Of a stretch of 64,000 nt of DNA, positions 26,663-35,527 are shown one piece after another. The stretch spans positions 7,044 to 71,043 of the forward strand of contig DATJGU010000118.1 of the NCBI GenBank assembly GCA_035494615.1. Reading direction: 5' to 3'. The stretch is from Gemmatimonadaceae bacterium (lineage in GTDB: Bacteria > Gemmatimonadota > Gemmatimonadetes > Gemmatimonadales > Gemmatimonadaceae). The position numbers were made by a program, and so were the translations under genes. The first letter of the stretch is position 1. The number at the start of each line of letters is the position of its first letter. The notes beneath the pieces were generated by a model. That model was given only the letters and a program-made list of their open reading frames with translations, did not search any database and had not been told where the DNA came from.

Positions 26663-28443
26663 CCGTTCGTTCGGAGCCAGCGATCGAGCAGCCGGAGGCG
26701 CAGGTGCGCGAGTGCGTCGTCGGTGCTCGACCGCACGCTGATCTTCTTCAGCGCGCCGACGTCGACGTAGCGCGCGAGGGCGTCCGAGGGCCTGAACTCG
26801 ATCGGCCCGCGCGCCCACCACTGCGTCAGCCGCGCCTCGTGCAGGCCGGCCAACCCGCGCTTCGGCGCGGTGCGCACCGCGTCGGGGATGAGCCCGCGCG
26901 CCGCCTCGCGGAGGAGCCGCTTGTGCTGCATCCACGGGATCGGCGGCGTCGCGAGCGCGTAGTCGATCAGGCGCAGATCGAGATAGGGCAGCCGCACGTC
27001 GATCGGAATGCCGTGGAATCCGGCGTCGAGCGATTCGAGAAACGGCTGCCAGTGATACTGCTCGAGGCGCCGCGCCACCTCCGATCGCGTCGGATGGCTC
27101 GGCTCGGCGCGCGTGCGCAGTCGCTCGGCGCGGCGCGCGCGAAGATCGGCCCGCAGCCACGCCGGCCCGGGATCGATCACTCCTCGGCGACGGCGCCGGA
27201 ACAGGAGCTCGCGCAGCCGGAGGTGGGGTCGCGCGCCCTCGCGCCACGCGTACGCGAGCACGTCGGTCGCCACGCGCGGCGCCGAGCTCCCGCGCAGCAG
27301 ATCGAGCAGGTGCGGTGGCGCGAGATAGGCGTCGGGATCTTCGCCCCAGAACGCCACCGGCGAGTGCTCGCAGGCGCGGCGCAGCTCGTCCTGAAGGGCG
27401 AGCAGATCCAGATCGCCATGCGGCTCCGGCGTGGCCGGCACGCGGTACCGGGTCCCTTCCCGAAACCCATACTCGTCCACGTCGGTGAGCACTTGCGGGA
27501 TGCCGATGAACCGCGCGGCGAGCTGCGCACGCCCGGTGTCCTCGCTCGGCAGCAGCGTCGGCAGGTAGGCCGTGCGTGCCACCACCTGCGAGCGGTCGCC
27601 GAGCTCGCGCGCGGCGATCGCGGCGAGCGTCGTGGAGTCGATTCCGCCGCTCATGAACACGGACACCGACGAGACGCGGAGCCGATCGCGCACGCTCGCC
27701 TCGAGGCGCGCCCGGAATCCGCCGACGATCTGCTCGGGGCGCCGCGAGCGATCGACGGGCGGCGTGGGAAGCGTCCAGTAGCAGCGCGACGCCACGCCGC
27801 CGTCGCGTCCGACGCGCACCACGTGCGCCGCCGGCACGCGACGCACGGCGCGGAACGTCGTCGTGGCCGGATTCTCGTTGAATCCCTCCGCCACGAAGTC
27901 CGCGATCGCGTCCTCGTCGAGCTCGCGGCTCACGCCGGCGTCGAGCACGGCGCCGAGCGTGTTCGACGCGACGAGCCGCGTCTCGTCGAGATGATAGAAG
28001 AGCATCCGCACGCCGAACGGATCGCGGACGAGCGCCGTCGTCCGCGCCTCGACGTCGTGGATCACCGCACTGAAATCGCCGAGCAGCCGCGCCGGCGCCT
28101 CGTCACCCCACGCGCACCACGCGCAGGCGAACAGCCGCACGTCGGGATCGGTGTCGTTCACCGGTACGTTCGCGCGATGCAGCGCCTCGGTGAGCTCCGC
28201 GCGCGCGTCGAGCCGTATCTGGCCGGCCACGACGTAGCGCCCTTCGGTGGACCACGCGGGGGCGAGCCGCAGATCGCCGACGTCGAGCAGCGCCGACGCC
28301 GCGCCGAACACCCCGTCCATGACGACGCTCTCGCCGTGCGGACCGCGATGGCGCATCGCCGGCAGGAGCGCGCGCAGCTCCGACTCGGCGACGTCCGCAT
28401 CGTCGCGCCGGACGACGGCGGCGTAGCCGGTCATCGGATGGCG
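26659..28443 (-). CDS. asparagine synthetase-family protein lacking the Cys2 nucleophile (lasso cyclase-like)
   Basis: Trimmed to the ATG at 28443. The N-terminus is MTGYAAV, not MCG. PP-loop VFMSGGIDSTTLAA. 594 aa. Its stop codon overlaps the NTase stop (CTAG at 26659-26662). Confidence 0.85.
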   Translation of the reverse strand, partial: RHPMTGYAAVVRRDDADVAESELRALLPAMRHRGPHGESVVMDGVFGAASALLDVGDLRLAPAWSTEGRYVVAGQIRLDARAELTEALHRANVPVNDTDPDVRLFACAWCAWGDEAPARLLGDFSAVIHDVEARTTALVRDPFGVRMLFYHLDETRLVASNTLGAVLDAGVSRELDEDAIADFVAEGFNENPATTTFRAVRRVPAAHVVRVGRDGGVASRCYWTLPTPPVDRSRRPEQIVGGFRARLEASVRDRLRVSSVSVFMSGGIDSTTLAAIAARELGDRSQVVARTAYLPTLLPSEDTGRAQLAARFIGIPQVLTDVDEYGFREGTRYRVPATPEPHGDLDLLALQDELRRACEHSPVAFWGEDPDAYLAPPHLLDLLRGSSAPRVATDVLAYAWREGARPHLRLRELLFRRRRRGVIDPGPAWLRADLRARRAERLRTRAEPSHPTRSEVARRLEQYHWQPFLESLDAGFHGIPIDVRLPYLDLRLIDYALATPPIPWMQHKRLLREAARGLIPDAVRTAPKRGLAGLHEARLTQWWARGPIEFRPSDALARYVDVGALKKISVRSSTDDALAHLRLRLLDRWLRTNG

Positions 28444-28569
28444 ATCCTCGGCGCGCGGTGGCTCACGATGTGGCGAGGGAACGGGAGATGCGACGCTCTG
28501 AATAGACGCGCTTCGGAAGGCCGCCGCCATTCCATGTTGCCCGCCGCCAGCGCGCGCCGTCGATTGCGG

Positions 28570-29235
28570 ATGCCCATGTCGCACCCGACCTCGCGCCCCG
28601 AACCGGCGGCCCTGCGCCGGCAGCTCGCCGCCCTGCTCCGCCCGTACGTCGACGGCACCGGCGCCGGAATCGAGTCCTCCCTGCTGACCCGCGCGCGGGT
28701 CGCCGCCACCGCGCGCGACGCCGCGGCCGCCGTGCTGCCGCTGCTCGGCACTCCGGCACCGTCGGCACATCGGGTGCGCGGCGCGATCATGCCGGCGCTC
28801 GTGTGCTCGTGGGCCGAACTGGACACGGTTTTTGCGCAGACCCTCGACCGGCTGCTCGCGCTCCCGCCGGCGCTCCCCGACGTGCCCGACCCCGCGTGGG
28901 ACGCCGGCCTCGAGGAGACGCGGGCGTCGCGTCCGCGGGCGCGCGCCGAGCACCCCGACTGGACGCCGACGACCCCCGAGGCGGAGACGGTGACCGGTCC
29001 CGCCGGCAGCGTCGGCGTGGTGGTGCGCGCCGACCGCCGCCACGTGCTCATCGTCGAGGACGGCCGCTCGCTGCGCACGCATGCGCGTTGCCGCTGCGAC
29101 CCGCTGCGTCGTCGCGAGCGGGGCGAGGTCGCGTTCGAGCTGATCGCCCTCGGGCGCCGCCGCGCCGTGCTCGACGTGCGCGCCGGATCCGCCTGCGCGC
29201 TGTGCCGCGCGCCGATCGAGCCGGCCCGTCCGTGA
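28570..29235 (+). CDS. hypothetical protein, C-terminal CxC...CxxC
   Basis: 221-aa frame with consistently high GC3, whereas the opposite-strand ORFs are Ser/Arg-rich junk. RCRCD...CALCR near the C-terminus. Its stop overlaps the next start (GTGA). Confidence 0.5.
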   Translation: MPMSHPTSRPEPAALRRQLAALLRPYVDGTGAGIESSLLTRARVAATARDAAAAVLPLLGTPAPSAHRVRGAIMPALVCSWAELDTVFAQTLDRLLALPPALPDVPDPAWDAGLEETRASRPRARAEHPDWTPTTPEAETVTGPAGSVGVVVRADRRHVLIVEDGRSLRTHARCRCDPLRRRERGEVAFELIALGRRRAVLDVRAGSACALCRAPIEPARP

Positions 29236-30302
29236 TACGGACGCTCGTGCTCACCTTCGCCCTCCTCGCGAGCTGCGCATCGACGACGTCGGCGCCGGAG
29301 CGCGCGGCCACGCGCACCTTCCGCATGGGCTTCTCGGCCACGCCACCGCGATTGACGATCCCGGAGGTGCTGCGCACGATCGACTCGGCGAGCCGGCACG
29401 CCGACGCCGCGCTCATGGTGATCGACGTGCCGTGGGCCGCGCTCCTCGCCGACAGCGCGCCGTCGCTGCTCGTGCGCCGCGATCTGCTGCCGATCGCGCA
29501 GCTCTGGCGGCAGCACGGGATGCCGATCGTCGCCACGGTGGAGATCGCGAACGGGCTCGATCGCTCGGCGGAGTCGCCGGCGCTCGTCGCGCTCGGCCGA
29601 TCGATCGCCGAGCCGGCGGTCCAAGGCGCGTATCGCGAGTTCGTCCTCGCCGCCGACAGCATCGTGCAGCCCGACTGGCTCGCGCTCGCGATGGAGACCA
29701 ACCTGCTTCGCGTCGCGGCACCGCCGGCGACGTACGCCGGCGTCGTCGCGGCCGCGAACGACGCCGCGCAGCAGCTCCGCGCCGCCGGTTCCCCGACGAC
29801 GCTGATGGTGACCGTGCAGGTCGACGTCGCGTGGGGACGGCTCGGCGGCGCCGCAGGCGGCGTCTTCGTCGGCGTGCAACGGGACCGCGCCGATTTCCCG
29901 TTCGTGCAGGCGCTCGGGCTGTCGTCGTATCCATATCTCGCCGGCTTCGCCGCGCCGGAGGAGATCCCGCTCGACTACTATGCGCGCCTCGCAGGCAGTC
30001 CGGCGCTCCCGATGATCGTCACCGAGGGCGGGTGGACGTCGGGGGCCGTGCCCGGACTCGCTTCCACCCCGGATCTCCAGGCGCGCTACGTCCGCCGACA
30101 GATGCAGCTCGCCGACGCCGCGCGGCTGCTCGGCGTCTTCCAGATCACGTTCACCGATCTGGACCTCGCGTCGTATCCCGTGCCGTCCGGCTCGATCCTG
30201 CCGTTGTTCGCTCAGCTCGGCGTCGTCGACGCGAGCTATGCCGCGAAGCCCGCGCTCGCGGTGTGGGATTCCGTCCGCGCGGTGCCGTTAGGCGCGCGGT
30301 GA
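29232..30302 (+). CDS. TIM-barrel glycosidase-like lipoprotein (hypothetical)
   Basis: GTG start at 29232. Lipobox LLASCAS. PMIVTEGGWTS resembles a retaining-glycosidase nucleophile motif. Confidence 0.6.
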   Translation: MIRTLVLTFALLASCASTTSAPERAATRTFRMGFSATPPRLTIPEVLRTIDSASRHADAALMVIDVPWAALLADSAPSLLVRRDLLPIAQLWRQHGMPIVATVEIANGLDRSAESPALVALGRSIAEPAVQGAYREFVLAADSIVQPDWLALAMETNLLRVAAPPATYAGVVAAANDAAQQLRAAGSPTTLMVTVQVDVAWGRLGGAAGGVFVGVQRDRADFPFVQALGLSSYPYLAGFAAPEEIPLDYYARLAGSPALPMIVTEGGWTSGAVPGLASTPDLQARYVRRQMQLADAARLLGVFQITFTDLDLASYPVPSGSILPLFAQLGVVDASYAAKPALAVWDSVRAVPLGAR

Positions 30303-30367
30303 GCTGGCGACCGAAACGGCATCACGGCGCAGCACAGGAGGAATCTTCTCGCGGAGCCACGGAGCAC

Positions 30368-30697
30368 TCAGGGAACCCGTCCGATCACCGGGTTCGGCGG
30401 ATCGCCGAGATTCGCGCCGACGCTGTCGGCGTGGAGGCAGGAGTCGTACGCATTCGGCGACACCGCCGTCCCCTCGCTGCCGGACGGGCAGTAGAGAAGC
30501 GCGCTCCACCACGGCGCCGTTCGATTCGCCGGCAGCGAGATGTCCGATCCCGCGCGGCGCGTGCCCGGCCGATCAGTGATCTGCGGCCGCGCCGAGATCA
30601 CGCGCGGCACGGACGACGGAGCGCGGCCGCCGAGCAGACCGCCGCACCCTGCCACCGTGAGGCCGAGTGCGAGGGGAAGGCAGCGGAGCGCGGTCAT
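30368..30697 (-). CDS. small hypothetical lipoprotein
   Basis: Trimmed to the ATG at 30697, preceded by GGAGG. Signal plus lipobox LTVAGCGG. 109 aa. Confidence 0.55.
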   Translation of the reverse strand: MTALRCLPLALGLTVAGCGGLLGGRAPSSVPRVISARPQITDRPGTRRAGSDISLPANRTAPWWSALLYCPSGSEGTAVSPNAYDSCLHADSVGANLGDPPNPVIGRVP

Positions 30698-30865
30698 GAA
30701 GCCTCCAGGCAGGACTGGTTGCGGTCGGCTACGCCGATCGTGCCGATCGGTGTTCTCGCACTCGCTGGCGATGTTCGTGCTCGGGGCGCAGGGAGCCGAC
30801 GACGCGCAAACGTAACACCGGTTCGCCATTGACGCAGCGTGCAGCGGCGCGCAGCGTCAGCCTTC

Positions 30866-33800
30866 ATGTACGGGACGTATGGCGTGGTGTGTCCGACGCT
30901 CGTCGGCCGCGACGGGGAGGTCGGCGCGGGCCGGTCCCTCCTCGAGCGTGTGCAGGCGGGCGCGGGCGAAGTGGCCCTCATCGTCGGCGAGGCGGGGGTG
31001 GGGAAATCGCGCCTTCTCCGCGCGCTGCTGGACGACGCGCGCAGCCGCGGCTTCTTCGTGCTCCGCGGCTCGAGCTTCGAGGCCGACACGCCGATCCCGT
31101 ACGCCCCGCTGCTCGATCTGGTACGGCTGTTCGCCGAGTCGGCGTCGCCGGCGCTCATCGCACACGTGCTCGAGCCGGCCGCTCCGGAGCTCGTGGCGGT
31201 CTTCCCCGAGCTGCGCTCGATCTTCCCCGACACCGCCCCGGGCACGACCGCGGATCCGGACCTCGCGAGGCGCCGGCTCTTCCATGCGCTGGCGCACACC
31301 GTCGACCGGGTCGCGCAGACGCAGCCCGTGGTGCTCGCGTTCGAGGACGTGCACTGGAGCGACGACGCGACGCTCGATCTGATCTTCCATCTCGTCCGCA
31401 GCGAAGCGTCGCATCCGGTGGCGGTCGTCCTCAGCCGGCGGCCCGATGAGGGCAGCGCGCGACTCGCGCAGCTCGTCGCGGAGCTCGAACGCGCCAGAGT
31501 CCTCACGGAGATCCCGGTGCGTGCGCTCGCACGCGACGGCATCGAGGAGATGCTCCGCGCCATCTTCGGCGCGCAGGCCGGGCTCGGCGCCGACTTCGTC
31601 GACATGCTGCACGGGCTCACGGAAGGCAATCCGTTCTTCGTCGAGGAGACGCTCAAGGCGCTGATCGTCGCCGGCGACCTCACGCAGCGCGACGGCGGCT
31701 GGCGCGCGCAATCGCTCGAGCGTGTTCGCGTCCCGCGCACGGCCGTGGAGGCGGTCCGTCGCCGCCTCGCCACGCTCACCGTGCCGGCGCGCCTGCTCGC
31801 CTCGACCGCGTCCGTCGCGGGACGCCGGTTCGACTTCGAGCTGCTCCGGACGGTCACGCGCGCGGAGGAGCGGGAGCTCCTCGTGCTGATCAAGGAGCTG
31901 ATCGGCGCGCAGCTCGTCGTCGAGGAATCCGCCGATCGATTCGCCTTCCGCCACGCGCTCACTCGCGAGGCCATCTACGTCGATCTCCTGGCACGCGAAC
32001 GGATCACGCTGCACCGCGAGATCGCCGCCGCCCTCGAGCGGTCGAGCACCGAGGCGGTCGATCCGGTCGTCGAGTCGCTCGCCTACCATACGTGGGAGGC
32101 CGGAGATTGGGTCGCCGCGGCGCGCTATTCCGTCCGTGCGGCGGAGCACGCGATGGCGCTCTCGGCGCCGCGGGAGGCCGTCGGACACCTCGATCGCGCC
32201 TTCGACGCCTCCGAGCGCGGAGGGGTGCAGGTGGGAATCGGCCTCCATCTCGCGCGCGGACGCGCCAACGAGACCCTCGCCGAATTCGACGGCGCGCTCG
32301 CGGACTTCACCGCTGCGCTCGAGCTGGCGCGCGCCGCAGCCGACGAGCGCGCCGCGTGGGAAGCGCTTCATGCACTCGGCAAGCTGTGGGCGGCGCGCGA
32401 CTACGTTCGGGCCGGCGAATACCGGCGCGACGCGCTCGACATGGCCCGCACGATCGGCGACGACTCCCTGGTGGCACGGAGCCTCAATCGCGTCGGCAAC
32501 TGGCACGTGAACGTCGAGGAGCCGCGGGCGGGGCTGCCGCACCACGAGGAGGCGCTCGCGATCTTCGAGCGCCTCGGTGATCCCGACGGTGTCGCGGAAA
32601 CGGTGGACCTGCTCGCCATGGCGCACCACATCGCCGGCGACCAGCGCGCCGCCGCGCTGCACTACGAGCGCTCGGTCGCGCTGTTCACCGAGAGGGACGA
32701 CCGGCGCGGCCTCGGTAACGCGCTGGCACTCCTGGCGCTCTGCGGACCGTCGTATCACGCCTCGTCCACCACGCCGTTCGCCGCCAGCGCGGTGCCCGCC
32801 GAGCTCGCGTCGCCGCGCTCGATTCAGCTCGCGCGAGAGATCGGTTGGCGGGCCGGCGAGGCGTTCGTCCGGTTCCTCATCGCCGACTGCCTCGCGTGGC
32901 GAGGGGAGTACGACCGCGCCATTCCGTTGGCGCGCGAGGCGCTGGAGCAGGCAGAGCAGATCGGACACCTCGAGTGGGCGGCCGGCGCGCACCGTCTGTT
33001 GGGCATGATCGCGCTCGACCTCACCGCGCCTCTCGCCGCGCGGACGCACCTCGAGGCGGCACACGCCGCCGCGTGTGCGCTCCGCTCCCTCGTCTGGGTG
33101 CGGTGGACGGCCGCGCCCCTGGCCGTGGCGCGCCATCTCACGGGGGACCCGGCCGCCGCGAGGGACGCTCTCGATCACGCAGCGCGATCGCGACCGGAAA
33201 GCGAAGATCGCTCCGCCGCGGCGCCTGGCGACGCACTCCTCACCCTCGGCGAGCGGCAGCTCTGGATGTCGTGCGCCGAGCTCGCCCTGCTCGACCGTCG
33301 TCCCGGCGAAGCGCTGGCGATCGTGGATGCACGACTGGCGCGGGAGCGCGCCGCCAATGCGGAATCGAGATTCGGCGTGCCGCGACTCTCGCTGATACGC
33401 GCTCGTGCGCTGCACGCGCTCGGCGACATCGACGACGCCCTCGCCGCGCTCGATGTCGCGCGATCGCACGCCCAGGCCCAGGGCGCGCGGCCGATGCTGT
33501 GGATGATCGAGTCCGCCGCAGGCCAGGCGCATCGTGCGCTCCGTCGACGGCTCGCCGCACGGCAGGCGTTCGACCGCGCAGAGGCGATCGGCGCCGAGCT
33601 CGCGGCGACCATTCCGGACGACTCGCTCCGCGCCACCTTCCTCGATGGGCTGGCCTCGATCGTTCCCGCCGCCCCCGCTCCCTCGCCGGCTCGCCGCGCC
33701 AGGGACGCCGCCGGCGGGCTGACGCGACGCGAGCGCGACGTCGTGCGGCTCGTCGCCCATGGCAAGGCGAACAAGAGGATCGCGCACGACCTCGGGATCG

Positions 33801-33937
33801 GCGAGCGCACCGTGGAAGGCTACGTCGCGAGCGCGCTCGCCAAGCTCGGATTCAACTCCCGGACTCAACTGGCCACGTGGGCCGTGGCAAAGGGAATCGT
33901 CCCGGACGCGCCGGCACGCGCGCCCCTCCGCGACTGA
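30866..33937 (+). CDS. LAL-type regulator: AAA ATPase + TPR-like region + LuxR-family HTH
   Basis: Walker A GEAGVGKSRLL. Long helical repeat region. C-terminal LTRRERDVVRLVAHGKANKRIAHDLGIGERTVEGYV. Start is ATG at 30866 or GTG at 30839. Confidence 0.9.
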   Translation: MYGTYGVVCPTLVGRDGEVGAGRSLLERVQAGAGEVALIVGEAGVGKSRLLRALLDDARSRGFFVLRGSSFEADTPIPYAPLLDLVRLFAESASPALIAHVLEPAAPELVAVFPELRSIFPDTAPGTTADPDLARRRLFHALAHTVDRVAQTQPVVLAFEDVHWSDDATLDLIFHLVRSEASHPVAVVLSRRPDEGSARLAQLVAELERARVLTEIPVRALARDGIEEMLRAIFGAQAGLGADFVDMLHGLTEGNPFFVEETLKALIVAGDLTQRDGGWRAQSLERVRVPRTAVEAVRRRLATLTVPARLLASTASVAGRRFDFELLRTVTRAEERELLVLIKELIGAQLVVEESADRFAFRHALTREAIYVDLLARERITLHREIAAALERSSTEAVDPVVESLAYHTWEAGDWVAAARYSVRAAEHAMALSAPREAVGHLDRAFDASERGGVQVGIGLHLARGRANETLAEFDGALADFTAALELARAAADERAAWEALHALGKLWAARDYVRAGEYRRDALDMARTIGDDSLVARSLNRVGNWHVNVEEPRAGLPHHEEALAIFERLGDPDGVAETVDLLAMAHHIAGDQRAAALHYERSVALFTERDDRRGLGNALALLALCGPSYHASSTTPFAASAVPAELASPRSIQLAREIGWRAGEAFVRFLIADCLAWRGEYDRAIPLAREALEQAEQIGHLEWAAGAHRLLGMIALDLTAPLAARTHLEAAHAAACALRSLVWVRWTAAPLAVARHLTGDPAAARDALDHAARSRPESEDRSAAAPGDALLTLGERQLWMSCAELALLDRRPGEALAIVDARLARERAANAESRFGVPRLSLIRARALHALGDIDDALAALDVARSHAQAQGARPMLWMIESAAGQAHRALRRRLAARQAFDRAEAIGAELAATIPDDSLRATFLDGLASIVPAAPAPSPARRARDAAGGLTRRERDVVRLVAHGKANKRIAHDLGIGERTVEGYVASALAKLGFNSRTQLATWAVAKGIVPDAPARAPLRD

Positions 33938-34072
33938 ATTTCCCCGTACCGCCGGCGAATACCCGCGTGGTTTCCACGATGTGACGCCGCACCGGCTCCG
34001 GTATCCTGCCATCGCGTCATCGCGCCGACACCGACGTCGAGCGCAAACGCGAACCGCAACCGGAGACGTCTC

Positions 34073-34579
34073 GTGCGTATCTCTCCTACCCTCGTGGTCC
34101 TTCTCATCGCCGCGGCCGCATGCTCCGGCGACATCGCCACCGCGCAAGGGCCGCAGTCCGCTTCTGCGCAGCGCTCGCCCACATCGAGCGCCGCGTCGCC
34201 CCAGCAATCCGTGCAGTGGAGCCCTGCACCGCCGATCTTCCCGGCCGGCGCCGAGATCGCCGTCATGCAGGGGGATCCGAGCAAAGCGGGCGAAGAGTTC
34301 ACCGTCCGGCTTCGCTTCCCCAACGGCTACCGGCTCGCGCCGCACACGCATCCCACCACGGAGAACGTCACCGTCCTCGGCGGAACGTTTCTCGTCGGCA
34401 TGGGGTCGACGTTCGAGGAGTCCGGCATGCTGAGGCTGGGCCGCGACGGGTTCGTCTCGGCGCCCGCGGAGCATCCCCACTACGCGATGGCTCGCGGAGA
34501 GACCGTCGTGCAGGTGCACGCCATCGGGCCCTTCGCCCTCACTTACGTCAACCCCGCCGACGATCCGACGAAGCGCTGA
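34073..34579 (+). CDS. cupin-domain lipoprotein
   Basis: Lipobox AAAACSG. Cupin pattern APHTHPTTENVTVLGGTF...PAEHPHYAM. Confidence 0.75.
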   Translation: MRISPTLVVLLIAAAACSGDIATAQGPQSASAQRSPTSSAASPQQSVQWSPAPPIFPAGAEIAVMQGDPSKAGEEFTVRLRFPNGYRLAPHTHPTTENVTVLGGTFLVGMGSTFEESGMLRLGRDGFVSAPAEHPHYAMARGETVVQVHAIGPFALTYVNPADDPTKR

Positions 34580-34649
34580 GCCGGACATGCTGCGCACGAC
34601 GCGAGCTCACTGCCGTCCCTGCGTCCCGTCACTCGCTCCCACGACGCAC

Positions 34650-35480
34650 ATGCCCCATGGACCCAGTCGTGCCGTCGTGGGAGATGCGGACCCGCGTAGC
34701 GCGCAGGCGCAGACGATGTGGACGTCGGGCGACTACGGGCGCATCGCGGCCGGGTACGAGCGGGGCGCGGCGGAGTTCGTCGTTCGGCTCGACATCCATC
34801 CGCGTGAGACCGTGCTCGACGTCGCGTGCGGAACGGGTAATCTCACGATCCCCGCGGCGCGGACGGGCGCCGCGGTGACCGGGGTCGACATCGCGCCCAA
34901 TCTGATCGCGCAGGCGAGGGCCCGCGCCGCGGCCGAAGGGCTGTCCGTCCGACTCGACACCGGCGACGCCGAGCGGTTGCGATACGGCGACGCGGCGTTC
35001 GACGTCGCCATGTCGATGTTCGGCGTGATGTTCGCGCCGCGGCCCGAGCGTGCCGCGGCGGAGCTGCTCCGAGTCGTTCGCCCCGGCGGCCGCATCGCGC
35101 TGGCGAACTGGACGCCGACCGGTTTCGTGGGCGAGTTGCAGGCTGCGGCGGCGCGCTACGTGCGGGCGGCGGTCGCACCAGCCCCGCTTCTCTGGGGCAC
35201 TGAGCAGACGGTCCGCGATCGGCTCGGCGCCGGCCTGTCGACGCTCACGACGAGCCGGCGCATCGTCAACATCGAGTACCCCCTCGGTCCGCGGGACGTG
35301 GTCGAGCAGTTCATCCGGCGCGACGGGCCGACGATGTGCGCATACGAATCCATCGGCGACGCCGCGCGGCGCGACTTCCGCCGGGCTCTCGAGGCGATCT
35401 GGCGGGATCACAATCGAGCGAGCGACGGGTGGACGTGCGTCGCAGCGGAGTATCTCGAAGTGATCGGAATCGTCGGGTAG
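34650..35480 (+). CDS. class I SAM-dependent methyltransferase
   Basis: VLDVACGTGNLTI, GVDIAPNLI and VRPGGRIAL. Start is ATG at 34650, with 34716 as an alternative. Confidence 0.85.
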   Translation: MPHGPSRAVVGDADPRSAQAQTMWTSGDYGRIAAGYERGAAEFVVRLDIHPRETVLDVACGTGNLTIPAARTGAAVTGVDIAPNLIAQARARAAAEGLSVRLDTGDAERLRYGDAAFDVAMSMFGVMFAPRPERAAAELLRVVRPGGRIALANWTPTGFVGELQAAAARYVRAAVAPAPLLWGTEQTVRDRLGAGLSTLTTSRRIVNIEYPLGPRDVVEQFIRRDGPTMCAYESIGDAARRDFRRALEAIWRDHNRASDGWTCVAAEYLEVIGIVG

Positions 35481-35527
35481 CCGCCCCGGGATGGCCCGCT
35501 CCGGTCTCCGCGGTGCATACTGCGGGC

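Noticed and set aside
25519-29235. 1238-aa plus-strand ORF crossing the nucleotidyltransferase and cyclase regions
   Set aside because: It is Arg/Ala-rich and off-frame for most of its length. Only the terminal 221 codons (from the ATG at 28570) have coding-like composition and a free intergenic start.
28570-29235. The 221-aa hypothetical as the missing lasso leader peptidase (B2)
   Set aside because: It shows no transglutaminase-core-like Cys...His...Asp arrangement or B2-like sequence pattern. Its cysteines cluster at the C-terminus in a zinc-ribbon-like spacing. The question stays open, but I do not claim it.
30857-34597. 1246-aa minus-strand ORF antisense to the LAL regulator and cupin genes
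   Set aside because: It shows the same compositional artefact and no recognisable motifs. The plus-strand products have Walker A, LuxR HTH and cupin signatures.
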